A stretch of DNA of 64,000 bases. Source: Rhizodiscina lignyota (lineage: Eukaryota). The translations under genes were made by a program, and so were the position numbers. Of the stretch, positions 26,230 to 38,723 are shown in pieces. Position 1 is the first letter of the stretch, and the number at the start of each line of letters is the position of its first letter. A model generated the notes under the pieces. That model worked only from the letters and a program-made list of their open reading frames with translations. It made no database searches and was not told where the DNA came from. The stretch covers positions 1,674,001 through 1,738,000 of the forward strand of contig ML978124.1 in assembly GCA_010015805.1 (NCBI GenBank), given 5' to 3'.

Positions 26230-26780
26230 CCAGGAGGTGTCTGAACGGGTGAAGGTGTCTAATGTTGCCTCTTGAATGGAGTCTGATGTCAGGATAATAT
26301 ATGAAGACTTTCTTTCTTTCATCATATGCTATAGTGCCTCAAAGCTGAACCGATTTCAGACGAGTTGAACAAGAAACTATCCAGTGATTGGTCGTTTGCA
26401 ATTCGATCTAGCTTCCCAAGCGAACGTAGCACAGAAAGTGAACTCATGATGGTAGTTAGGCTACTCCGGAGAAGGCTAACTACGTTACATAGGCCCGAGC
26501 CAATGATGTTCGTGGAGTTGACTCCTTGAGCTTCAATGAGGGTTTTAATCTCTTAGTGAATACACCTGTCGGCTAGCCGTCATGCCATGTCGCTAAGATG
26601 CAATGCCGTCGATCTTATTATGCAAATAGAGGTGGGTTTTCTCCAGACAAAGTCAAGTCAAGTTCGCACCAGACGCCATGTTGCTCACCAACCCGTGGTT
26701 ACACAAATGCTGCAGGTGTCCTGTAGTGTAAGCGACCGCTTATGCCACAGTCACCTGAGTTGAGAGATGATCTCTGTGCT

Positions 26781-28006
26781 TTAAATCACGCCGGGAATAC
26801 TCTTCCCATGCGCCTCATTAGCCCCAAGCTCTTCCTCTCTCCAACCATTTCCGCCCACTTTTCGTCCACCTTCCGCGCGTTTCACTCGGCACCACAATCC
26901 GACTTCCTTATCCCAGATGAATTGCCAAAGAACATATGTCCAGCTCCTGTGACAGGGAAGATCTGCGTAGAATTCCTTTGCCATCTGGTGGAGTTTTGGT
27001 AGCCTGGTCCATGGAATGGCTGGGAAGTCGTGATGCTCATTATGCAGTCCGACATTGTATGTCAGGATGTTTAGTGGACCATAATATGAGAAGGTCTCCG
27101 GGACAGGTGCAAGGTTGGCCGGGTTCTTCGCAGCAGCTGGCAGCTTTTCGAAAACGTAGTGTTCTGCAATGAAATGCCCTGCACATGGATGCAGCGATCC
27201 TGCCAAGAAAGAGCTCCAGATCAGGTAGCCCAACGCTCTGCCTCCTGCGTATTTGACCAAGATATAGTCGAAGAGAACTTGAGCAGCAATATTGACCAAG
27301 TGTATCCGCGTTATCGGCAAGCGGTAAACGAACATTGGCCGGATGGCGTAGAAGATAAGCTGGAAGGTACAGAAGAACGCCTTTCCAAGGACAGAGTCAA
27401 AGAAGAAAGCTTCAAGAGCAGTCGGTAGGTCAGCGTCCAAACCATCCACACCGAGAGATTTATGATGGGTGAGGTGATACGGCCGAAAAGAGGCACTATA
27501 CGGTATGCCAATTGGCAAGTTTGCAAAAATGGCAAACAGGCGGTTGGCCAGCCCAGACTTGAACGCCAGATTATGTGATATCTCGTGGATCGCAAGGAAG
27601 AGGTTCGAGTTCGCCGTGGCGCCTATGATGTAGGCTGTAAGGAAGAATTGCCATGAAAAGAAGGACGAGTTTCGAAGTAGGACGGCGCAGGCAATCTGCA
27701 ATGCAACAACAGCTATAACGACATATTTGGTCAACGGCTCTGGCCCGCAGAGCTTGGTGACCTGACACGTATTTGTTAGCCTACGGAACAAAACAGGACG
27801 AGGGGTGGGCATAATACTTCTGGGTGTGCTTTTATTATCGCTTGTCTTCGTGTCCGGTGCGGTTCTTCTGTATAAGTCCACAAGAAACGATCGTAATCAT
27901 CATCTCTCGCCGGTGTCTCGGATTCAGTGGATATCGTCGTAGCTAGAGGCGCGCTCTTCGGCCTTCGCTGTGACGCAACGGTGGTCGTAGCAACAGTTGA
28001 AGGCAT
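26781..28006 (-). CDS. DES1: Sphingolipid delta-4 desaturase (dihydroceramide desaturase)
   Basis: FLWTYTEEPHRTRRQAIIKAHPE|VTKLCGPEP, with histidine boxes HEISH, HLTHH and HNEHHDFP. Confidence 0.95.
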
Positions 28007-28783
28007 GACGACGATGGAATTAAAGAGCGACAAAGGACATTAACACCCTCATGTTCGACGTTCTGGAAACCGCCGCCTTGAGATTTTCCAAGAAGTTGTG
28101 GAGCAAGCGCAAGGGTGGGGTGTGCTCGGAGGTAAAGGCACTACGTAAATTGTCGACCCGATCTAGACCGTTGAGCAATTAGCTTGGAAACGTCACCAAG
28201 GTCACAGAGCTTTTTCTCGACAGCGACGGGTCCGATTTCGGCGGAAACTCCCTCGAGTCCGTTCAGAAGTGGTTATCTTGTTCCGACAGTTTAAGCATCA
28301 CTAGTCTCCCCCACTCTGCACACGGGACTTCACCGCATCAAGAAAAGGGGGTTGAGAAGACAACATGTGCACATAGCTTCAATTGAACTGTCCGCAATCC
28401 AAAAAGTTGCGGATAAAAAGAGGGTGAAAACGAACAGATATCCTGCAAGTCACCGTAAGGCGTGGTTTTCTCACGACTCCTCCAAGATGCCTTTCCATGC
28501 CATTTGAAGCTCTCGATATAGTGGAATCTCACCGTCATCTCGCAAAACCATATTAATCATTGATTTCATCGAGTTCGCCATGTCAAAGTTGTGCACTCAA
28601 TGGCGATCGAGCACGCGTTTAATCATGACTGGAGTCTTCTCGAAAGGCGTCGGAGAACTTGTAAAATTTCAACTGCTTGTACTGTGTGTCTTCTTAGAGC
28701 TCCGGCGCTTATGCTCAAAGTTCCTGAGCCATTCCTTCACGTAAGTATGTTCGCTATCTACTCATACAACCGCAGACTCTGCT

Positions 28784-29309
28784 TCACTCTTTCCTCTCCT
28801 TCACCACATGGGTCAGCATCTTCCAGAAGGTGACTTTTACGGGGACGCCACCCCAGCGCCCATCGCTAAGGTTGATGGGCAGGAATGAGACTCCATCTGG
28901 GAACGAGAAGCTTTTTAAGTTAGCAGGGCCAAGCTGAAGAGTGATGGCGAATTGCATACTAAAAAGTCTTCCTTCTCTCCCTCTCCTCTTCCAGCTCGTA
29001 GACAGATCCACCACAGTCCAGGACAACCTTCTGACACATGTCGAAGACATATAACCCGTGCGGGCTAAGAGCACGGCCCTCGGAGGTATCGCCGACATTC
29101 ACCTGGGCCGCAAGTGTCAACGAGCGACGTTAGGGAAATGGTAACGGATGAGATCGAACCTCATAGTGATCGGTGAACGGGAACCATTTCTCTTCCAGAA
29201 TCGTGTCAACCTTCCTCTCGAACTTGCACTGGAGGAACTCTTTGATGACCTCGATGAAATGGTCAATACTATCCCTGCATTTGGCCATGCGGGGAGCCAT
29301 GTGAGGCAT
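28784..29309 (-). CDS. Orphan hypothetical protein, 3 exons
   Basis: MPHMAPRMAKCRDSIDHF..HYE|VNVGDTSEG..RKTF|YFSFPDG..KERKE*. Two introns (29103-29159 with weak donor GTTCGA; 28911-28959, GTATGC..GCTAAC..AAG) keep the frame open. Confidence 0.4.
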
Positions 29310-30329
29310 TTTTGCATCTTTTGAAGAAGTTGGAGATTGGTATATCGATAGCTGATCCTTGGATAAATGGGTCAACTCTTACCGCTGTGCTCGGAGTGGC
29401 CAACGATTCTCGAGAGGAGGAAAGAAGAAGAGATGGGGGGTTTCAGACACAACGCCTTTAATGTACACCCAACAGACTCCGCGTTCTTGCTCTTTCCTCG
29501 TGGACGGAATTCGGTTATTCACTCCTCTCAAACCCAAGAGCAAACACGGTAGTGTGGTCGATTCATACATTAGTGTCTCGCACAGTTCCATTCCATGAAC
29601 AAGCTTTCATGGCTTCACTTTCCCGCATATGCGGTTACACACGATCTTCACACGCGATCTCCACTAACCAACTAGTCACCCATACGAAGCAGCAACTAGT
29701 ATACGGGGAGCGGTACCGAACGCCAGGCGCCAGCTTAAAGAAATACTAGAGGGAACTAGTGCATGGACCCGAACATGCACGCCCGATCAAGCCCACCAAA
29801 GTCCAATCAGTTCCGAGCAAATTCACAGGAAATCAAACGTACGAACCCCTGTCTGAACCGCAGACAAACTTTGGCGCCCTTCGCCATCCCGTTCCATGGT
29901 ACAACATAAAACCTCCGCACGCATCGGAGCCGCAATACTCAATTCGGCCTAGAAGACCTGCGAAGCAGACATGCGAATCACAAGCTGAATCTTTAGTGAG
30001 CCTGGGAAAGCCTTTCTCATTGCACCGGAAGCCTTGGTTTGAGCCTGGAAATCCACTTGTATTAGATGCCCATTCAAGTCTATATCGAAGCAATCGCACG
30101 AATCATCGAGCAAGCCGTTAACAGGTCCAGTTCTTATGTAGCAACAGAGAGCTAAAGAACCTCGCATTTCAGCAAATCAGACTAGACCTCCCTGAACTGC
30201 AAACCTGGCGCCATGCTCTCTCCACCGACATAGACCCAGAGCAAAAAGAAATTCGTATTTCGGAACAGTAGAGTAACACGAGCCACCATTGATGAAGTCT
30301 ATTACTACGTCTAGAGTCCTGAAATACCA

Positions 30330-32497
30330 TCATGCTGCATCATCATACTTGGACTCATGCGTCGCGATCGCTCGTCCAGATGGATCCGACTGGTTGCTCC
30401 ATGTCGGCGTCCATCTCATCACGGTGCTAGCGCAGAAGGACGGAAAGTGCTCATCGAACATACAGCGGTACCAGTACGCCTCCTTGGTGTCCGGGATATC
30501 GTCTCCCCACTCGGGCTTGGGGTTTTTCATGTCCTCGTCGGACACATGCAGCTCGGCGTTGTCCTTGAGCGCGTCGATCCAGCCGTAGCCGACGCCATCG
30601 CTGAACTGCTCCTTCTGGCGCCAGAGGATCTTGTCCGGGAGGTAGGGCTCAACGTTGGGTTCGTCGGTTGTGTCGAAGGCTTTACGGAGGATGTACTTTT
30701 CTATGCGGTCCTTTGTGATCAACTTATCGGCCGGGTCGATGTTCATGGCAACATCGAGGAACTGTTGTGGATGTTAGCGTTGCCTTCTACTTTCCCTCCT
30801 AAATCGAGTTTATATGAAGGTGAACTTACCTGCTTGTCCAAGAAAGGCACACGAGCCTCGACGCCCCATGCACTCGTCGACTTGTTCGCCCTCAGACAGT
30901 CGGCATAATGCAGATTCATTACTCTCTTGATGCACTCCTCATGGAAAGCCGCCTTGCTTGGAGCAGCATGGAAGTACAGGTAGCCTCCGAAGATCTCATC
31001 AGATCCCTCGCCAGACAACACCATCTTCACACCCATCGCCTTGATCTTCCTGCTCAACAAGAACATCGGAGTCGAAGCGCGGATCGTTGTGACATCGTAA
31101 GTCTCGAGATGATAGATGACATCGGACAGAGCGTTGAGACCATCCTCAATGGTGAAGGTGAAGTTGTGGTGACGTGTGCCTAGGAAGTCTGCCACCTCTT
31201 GCGCAGCTATTGAATCCGGCGCACCAGGCAGGCCGATAGAGAAGGAGTTCAGTTGCGGAAGAATTTGTACAGTAGACAGGTGGTCCTCCGCATCGATACC
31301 GACGAGATGATCCGGGTTGCTTCCATTGACGCCGTTGGATTTCGACTTGACTTCCTCGTTGAGGCGGGTGATTTCACGTTGCGCGATTGACGCCACGAGA
31401 CTAGAGTCGAGGCCACCGGACAGGAGAACGCCGAAAGGTACCTCAGCCATGAGTCGCTTACGGACGGCCCTTTCGAACGTCGTGCGGAGGAGCTTATAGT
31501 CAACTGGGGTAGTAGGTATGTTGCTTGGCTCCATCAGCCATTTCGGTGTATAGTATCTCGTCATCTTATCCGTCTTCGAGTCGTAGACGTGACCGGGTGG
31601 GAACGTAATGATGTTGTCGCAAACGGTGTGGAGGCATTTCATTTCGGAGGCGAAGTATACAGCGCCTGGTGTCTTGCTCGAGCGGCCCATGTAGAATGTA
31701 GTAATTCCAATAGGATCCCTTGCTGCAAGGATCCGATCTTGCGTCTTGTCGTGGAGAACCCATGAGAACATGCCGTCGAGGTATTTCGGCGTGTCGAGAT
31801 CATGCTCGAGGTACTAAACGGCCATAAGCATGTTACTTCTATACATGCAACCTCCAAGCACGTACCAACGGTATTATCACTTCGCAATCCGAGTGCGTAT
31901 GGAAGTTGTATGGCTTCTTTAACTGCTTTCGCAGCACCCTGTGATTGTAGATCTCGCCATTGACCGCCAAAGATACCGTCTGCTCGTCGTTCACAAGTGG
32001 CTGCGCTCCACTCTCTATTTGTATTCGTTAGGGATGTCCGATTATATGGTGTGGCGCGAAGGATGCATACCGACGCCGACGATACTCAATCGCTCGTGCA
32101 CAAGGACTAGAATTCTGTCAGAAACTGAACAAGTGCCATTATACACTGAGCACACTTACTTGTATTGTTTGCGACCCAGTTGCCACCTATTATACTTCAG
32201 CATCTTGTTTCTTGAATTTATTGTCAGGTCATGTTTGACTCACTCCAGTCAGGCCCTCGATGGCGAACACTGACAATCCTGTTAGCACTGTCCGAAAAGA
32301 AATCCAAGAAATACTCACGCCTTTCCCAGCTTCAGGGCCATAGGCTTGAACTTTTGCACATCAGGATGGCTATCACGCGTCAGTCTACCTGTCCACACAT
32401 AATTCTCATGCCGTGAGCGGTCTGTATTATCCCGCCACACACGGATAGAGAAATCTCAGTGGTAAACGTACCAATGGCAAGCGAAAATACCACACAT
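30330..32497 (-). CDS. ASN1: Glutamine-dependent asparagine synthetase, 8 exons
   Basis: MCGIFACH (N-terminal nucleophile Cys), [55 protein letters not shown]. Seven introns, six of them in the 5' 700 bp. Confidence 0.97.
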
Positions 32498-32591
32498 GAC
32501 GCCGGGTGGGGAATCAATCCGTCTCTAGAAATCTAAACCGAAATGCAAGAGAGTGAGGTGGTTGAGGGTGGTTTTTAACTGGCGTTGAATT

Positions 32592-32598
32592 TGAGTCA
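32592..32598. promoter_or_regulatory. Gcn4/CpcA response element TGAGTCA
   Basis: Perfect TGASTCA about 95 bp upstream of the asparagine synthetase ATG, a classic cross-pathway control target. Confidence 0.6.
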
Positions 32599-33369
32599 AA
32601 ATGACAGAGAGGCGACCAGGGACCCACCTGCGAACTCGGAGATCGGTCCCGCCATGCAAGGCCCCTCCATGTTCCATGCGTGGCGCGGATATAAATGGCA
32701 TGCTCGCGTGAGCATCACCGCCGCCTTATGGAGTGAACGCAAAAGCTGGGAAAGCGATTGCTCTCTGTCAACTCGGCAGTTTGTGGAGTAATACATATTG
32801 GACAGCATCAGCTGACTCTCAGCGGATGCAGCAGCGGCCAGCGTGCTCCAGTGATTCGATGGGACGGTTCGCAAGAGGAGCTCCTCACATGCAAATGTAC
32901 CTGATGAATGATCTTGCTCTTTAGGAGTTGATATCAAAGTGTGTAGGGGACTACCTAATCAACACCTTCAATCTACTGTTGATACATATGAGACAGCGTG
33001 TTTCAAGTCTCGGCTTTCTTCCACATCTTCGCTCGTTGTGTTCGTCCACCATGCAAGTGTATCAACCTCAGGAAAGCCAGATCCACCGCCAACGCTTTCA
33101 ATCATTTTACCGCTCCCGCAATCTCGACCTCCAGACCACAGAAACAACAGGCAAAGAAGGCAAATGTTCAAGGAGAGTGCAACCCTGGTATCCTTGCTGA
33201 GAAGGCGCATCCCCGTAACAGACCCCACCGGAAACCCGCATGCACCTAGCAGTAAACTTCGTCTTGTGAAAGGCATTCATCTACCCGCGCTTCAATGACT
33301 CCCAATTCTTGCCTATGACTCAAATTCTTGGCTGACCACGCTCTTCTACTCGGTACGCAGTTGCGTATT

Positions 33370-34528
33370 TTAGAACAGGACGTATGCCAGGATGAAGCAG
33401 ATCAGACATAGAGCTGCCACAATCTGCACTGGTACGCCTGCTGGAGCTTGCTGCACCTGCTGAGCAAGACCACCTTTCTCGGAAGTGGTGGCGCCCGTCT
33501 CCGTCTTTCTTTGCCGAAGCACATTCTGTTCCGCAAGCTGCTTCTTCAATTGTTCGATTTGGCGCTGGGCTGCAGCGAGCTGTTCCTTCAGCTCATTGGT
33601 ACTCGTCGGAACGGCGGCTGCGGCGCTTCGTGCGGTCGACTGGACAGTGGCAGCAGCTCCTGCAGCGGCGCCAGATACGGTGTCTGCGACTTTCCTTGTT
33701 CGATCCGTTGTTTCGGACCTGTCGGTGCCGGTTGGCGTGAAAGCCGCCATCGACGGCGAAGCCTGCGACGGAGTAGACTCTGCATGATTGACGCCATTCA
33801 CTTGCTTCTTAGGTGTCGAGGTAGCCTCGCCATCAGCGGGGAGGAAGTTTACGCGGATCTTCCTCTCTGATATGGATGACTTGTTCGTTTGTTCGATTCC
33901 TTGCCACTGTTTATCTGTAAGCAATCATGTATCTGGCCGAAGCCATTCTTCATCTGCATGGGCTGTTTTGCATACGATCGTAGAGATGCTGCCTGAGTCC
34001 TTGTCGGCTGGGATTGGAACGGACTGAACGAGGAACTTGTCTTTGCACTTCGCGTCTAACGGCGGATCTTCTCGCATAGCCTGGAGGAGCACTGCAGGTT
34101 CGTAAGTTCAAAGCAAGACTGCATTGAACCACAACTGACCTTGTACTTCCACTGTGTCCCCCGCCTCAATTTTGCCGGAGTTTGGCCTGACGCAATACCT
34201 ATGAGACGAACGTGAGAATCCAAGTGGCGTGATTGGAGGGACGATGGGGCCGCGCGTACTGTTTAGGAGCTGTGGTCTTGACCTGGAGAGAAGAGATGTA
34301 TTAGAACAAGTATCCGTAACCTCTCAAAACACAGCATTGTTGTGGATTGTTGTTCCTCACCTTGAACGCAACAGGATCCGAGTGGGTGTTCTTGAGCCTC
34401 AACGTTTGCGACACCTCCTGGGTGAAGGGTCCTAATATAGGTTAGCCCATAATTGCAATATATGCCTTGTCTTCTGTAGTAACCGTACGCTTGAAGCCGA
34501 GCTCCTGGGGGTCTAATTCGACCGACAT
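33370..34528 (-). CDS. SCS2: VAP/Scs2 ER membrane protein (MSP domain plus C-terminal TM)
   Basis: Spliced MSVELDPQELGFK|RPFT..VAFK|VKTTAPK|QYCVRPNSG..CKDKFLVQS, a coiled coil, and TM GVPVQIVAALCLICFILAYVLF. Confidence 0.93.
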
Positions 34529-35204
34529 GGCTGATAAGTCGAGATTGGTAATCGGGGAACGCCGTCAAATTCAGGAACAGCTGGCGATGCGCGCAACAAC
34601 CACACGCTGATGCGCACCAAGCAAGCCGAGAGAAGCGGGGACTGGTTGTTGGAAGGAAGTGGGAGTCAGGAACTTAAGTATTCCTAACGATGGCGCGTTG
34701 TTTGAGGGCGTGAGTGAAGTGTTTCGCAGGTTTCGCACTGGGATGGAGAGGTGGTTGGTTTGGTTTTGGTTTGGGGTTTGGGGCGGCGAACTGACGTAGG
34801 AAGCTCAAGACGGGAGCAGCTCGGTGCCAAGACCGAAAGTGTTGCTTGTGAATGCGGACGTCTTGCACCTCTAATTCACGTCACACTTCATTTGTAGACG
34901 TAACTGCGCCAGCCTGCAATTATCCTCCCTCTCGGCCAGTTTTGCGGTCGTCTTGACCCCGCCATCGCGAGAACACACCCTGCCTTGCCTTTCTAGGCGG
35001 AAGCGACCCATTCGGGAAAGAACGCCATCGTCCACCACAGAAGCTTCACTTGCAACGCAATCCACTACTATTTAATTCTCATCTTCCTTCTCCACCTCAA
35101 GCCATATACCTCTCATCTTCAAACCTTGCAACGGCTCGGCAACACATCTACAGCCCCAAACAATAACCTCGTTGCGAACTTCTCCACTAGAACTCGTCCC
35201 CATC

Positions 35205-36194
35205 ATGGCGTCCTCTGATCTGAACATGCTCATCGACATGGGCTTCGACAACGAAAAGGCGTCCCTTGCTATCAAGAAGTCGGGAAACTGTGAGCAGCTT
35301 TCGAGATAGTGAGGCTTGTATGCACTAATATACAGCACAGTACAAGGCGCCATCGACTGGCTCGAGAAGAACCAAGACAAGACCGTCGAAGAAATCAAGG
35401 AGGAAGAGAAGCAGGAAAGCAATGTCTCGATTAGCGCAGCAGACGAGAATGCCCTATCGCTTGTGTGTAACGAGTGCGGCAAGAAGTTCCGTAGCCAGGC
35501 ACAAGCCGAGTTCCACGCTTCCAAAACTGAGCACACCGATTTCTCCGAGTCGACCGAAGAAATTGCGCCTCTCACTGAAGAAGAGAAAGCTGCCAAGCTA
35601 GCAGACCTGCGGGAAAAGTTGGCGGCCAAGCGCGCTGGCCAGAGCGAACAAGACAAGCTTGATAGGAAGAAGAATGAGGAGATTAGACGCAAGGCTACGA
35701 CGGAAGGCAAAGATATCAAGGAAGAGCTTCAGCGAAAGGAGCAGATCAAGGAAGCACAGGCGAAGCGCCGCGAGAAGCAGGCAGACATCGACGCGAGGAA
35801 GGCTGTACTGGCGAAGCTGGAGGCAGATAAACAGGAGCGAAAACGCAAGGCCGAGCTGGAGAAGGCCAAGCGTACTGGCCAAGCCCTGCCAGCGGAGCCT
35901 GTAGCAGCGGCAGCACCGGCCGCTCCGGCCGCTCCCAAGCCTTCTTCGAGCTATACAGAGGCGAGGCTACGCCTGCAAGTTGAGGGAGCGAAGCCGATCA
36001 TGAAGACATATCCGATCGAGACGACTCTCTTTGAGGTTGCGAGCGATGTGGAGAAGGAGGTTCTTGGTGGTGCAGAGGGTGGTGTGAATGGCTTCCAGAT
36101 GACGTTCCCAAAGAAGTCGTTCGATCGATCAGATTTTGGAATGACTATCAAGGAGGCAGGCTGGGTGCCTAGCGCGGCTCTGATTGTACGGTAG
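35205..36194 (+). CDS. UBA, C2H2 and UBX domain protein (UBXN1/SAKS1-like Cdc48 adaptor)
   Basis: MLIDMGF..AIDWLE (UBA), CNECGKKF..HASKTEH, a coiled coil and ARLRLQ..FPKK..PSAALIV (UBX). Confidence 0.9.
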
Positions 36195-36533
36195 ACGTCT
36201 CTTAGACGCTCCAAGGAGAGATTACGAGATGAACGTATTTGCATGGCATGGCTTGGCGTTTGAGAACTAAGATCCTTCTTGGCTTTCACGAGAAACTTGG
36301 GCGGCAGAATATTGATGAAATAGCACGTCGTCACAAAAATGAATCACTCAGTTGAAGTGCACATAATCTGAGACACTCGTCCATTTATCTTTACAGCGGA
36401 GATTATATGATCTTCCATTCAGGTTTTCCAGGCCCCATAACCCTCTTGCGGCCAATCAAAATGCCATTTGAGCCCCGTTGCTTGCCATTCTGTTACCAAA
36501 GGTTTCCATTCACACCTTCCATGCATTCATGAT

Positions 36534-37196
36534 CTAGTTAGAAAAGGGATCGGTCCTGGTGCCCCACCAGGTGAGGAACAGCGACAAACCGACAGTCTCG
36601 AAGACGCGGGCGACAGCACCGACGGCAACAGTGTCCAAGGGGCGCTTCTCAGTGAGGACTTGGGAGATGAACTGAGCAGACAGTTAGCATTCAGATCAGT
36701 CACTTAAAATTCAAAAGCTATAGAGCTCAAATGCCACTTACCGAAGGAGCCGAGCTAGCGAAGAAGATCAAAGTACCCATGTACGCAGCGCCCTTGTAGC
36801 TGAGCGTGCCAGTAGCGTTCAACAGCGCACCGACGCCATATGTCTGAATAGCAGAACCGACGATCGAGCTGCCCCACGAGGCGGCGGCAGTAGCAGCCTC
36901 CTTGGACCTGAAGAACTCCTCCTTGGTGTTGGCAGCCTGTGCCTGGCGGTAGGTCTCACCGAAGACAGGGGCGAGCACGGCGAGCGAGGCGGCGTGCGTG
37001 AAGACGGTGCCGAGGGCAATTGCGGAGGGCTTGACGGGTGGGAGATCTGGAGAGAGTGCTTGTTAGATTTACCTGAAGCATACGAAGAGATTTCGAACGA
37101 CGACGATGGACTTCAGAATGGCGCAATCGTCCTTTGTTTACGTATTGCGGGGAAGGAGAAGCGAAGGTGGATAGACGTACAGTGCAGAGTCGCCAT
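36534..37196 (-). CDS. Small membrane protein, DUF1761-like
   Basis: MATLH|YLPPVKPSAIALGTVFTH..GAAYMGTLIFFASSAPS|FISQVLTEKRP..LTWWGTRTDPFSN*; two introns; strongly biased codon usage. Confidence 0.75.
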
Positions 37197-38569
37197 TGTG
37201 TCGACTTGAGTGCTCGAGTGAATTCGAGAGTAGTCTTATTGCAATTGAGATGTAGTCTGAGGTACTTTGAGACTTGTTCAGGTGGGTTGATGGTGTGATG
37301 TTGGGGTTGCGCAGCGGGAGCTTTATTCGATTGCGGAGCGATGACGTTTGTTTGCATCACCAGACCTTTGGAACTTGGACCTGGCCTTTTTGCTTTCTCC
37401 CAGCCAATCTGGAACTAGCGTCGATCATGGAGGCTTTCATCGGCTCAAGGTTATGCCAATCTTGTTTCTAAAGTCCATGGAAGTTCCCCCTATTTCTCGA
37501 AGAATCGCATTCCCTCCGTTTTCTGCATCGGTTCGGGTACCCGCCTGACCCTCTGAGCATGCTTCGAGCAGAACGTCATCTGAGTGGAAGGTAGGACCTC
37601 TTTAGATCGATATGCTTCATGTTCAGTTTCCTTTCCTAGCTCTGTCAAAGCCTCGACAAGGATGCATCACCCTACGTGTCCATTGAAGGCATTCAGCGAG
37701 ACGGTTGAGCACCTCGAGGGTGGCAAAAAAGGTTGGTCGTAGCTTTCAAGACACTGAACAGTAATAGTGTGCAGCCTCATGCCTGTCATTGACAAATTGT
37801 ATAAGCTTACATTCCGAAGAATATACAACTGAGCTTTCAGAGATACTCTCTCTATTACCCTGGAGAGCAGGAGCTGATTGCCACTGAGCGATTACAGCCC
37901 GCTAGCGGCGAAATATTCTCTCACCCTCGAGCGCACTTCATACAACATCGGATTCGGTAACTGCTGGCCGCAACAAAGTGTTTGCGACGCATGTGAGTTG
38001 GCCTGCGGCCGAGTTTGAATGGCATGGCACAAACTCGAGAGTGCCCATTCGGGAAGATATTCTTCAGCCTAACGGCGAATAGGCCCTCACCAGCGAGGAG
38101 CAGAGGAGGCGGAAGTCACAGCGGAAAATGAACAGAGTGAAGAATTTCCCCTCCGTAGGAGAAAAAGCAAAGGGGTGCGGACCGGAAATGGTATGAGCAA
38201 ATATGAGGCCGCCTACGGATCAGATAAAGACTTAGGGCCGCTCGTAGACGGAGATCAAGGCATTCTAGGCCAGGGTGAATAACATCAATGCTGAGCGAAG
38301 GAAGCAAAGAATCAGAGGAGCTGAAGGCAAGGTCTTGCGGGAAGGAAAAGGGAATCTTCAGCCTCTGTAGAGTAACTGAATTTACAAATGGAATCATTTG
38401 GCAACGCAAATGCAGGCTAGTCTCTAAAATAGCTATCTGATATGGGAACCCTGTTCTGTAGAGTATACCGCCTGCAGCACAAACATGACTAAAAGAAAAA
38501 GGAGGTTAGACAGTGAATACAAAACTCAATCGCATTCTGCGAGAAAAAGAAGGTAGAAGATCCAATATT

Positions 38570-38586
38570 AAAAAAGGGCAAAAAAA
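38570..38586 (-). terminator. Pol III oligo(T) terminator of the tRNA-Thr gene
   Basis: T7 (38580-38586) starts 6 nt after the discriminator base and is followed by T6 (38570-38575) on the minus strand. Confidence 0.75.
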
Positions 38587-38591
38587 GAAGA

Positions 38592-38723
38592 TGCCCACTG
38601 ACAGAATCGAACTATCGATCTTCTCATTTCGTAACATACGAGTGAGACGCTTTACCACTCTGTTTACAGTTAGTCGGAAATTTTCATATTTAAGATTTTA
38701 GGAGACTTACGAGCCAAGCGGGC
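38592..38723 (-). tRNA. tRNA-Thr(CGT) with two introns: a 51-nt spliceosomal-type intron (38660-38710) and a 9-nt canonical intron (38628-38636)
   Basis: Exons 38711-38723, 38637-38659 and 38592-38627 give GCCCGCT TG GCTC AGTGGTA AAGC G TCTCA CTCGTAA TGAGA AGATC GATAG TTCGATT CTGTC AGTGGGC A (72 nt). Acceptor, D, anticodon and T stems pair; B-box GTTCGATTC. Confidence 0.9.
38660..38710 (-). other. U2-type spliceosomal intron inside the tRNA D-arm (between positions 13 and 14)
   Basis: GTAAGTCTCCTAAAATCTTAAATATGAAAATTTCCGACTAACTGTAAACAG: consensus donor, branch site GACTAAC (38669-38675) and CAG acceptor. Confidence 0.85.
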
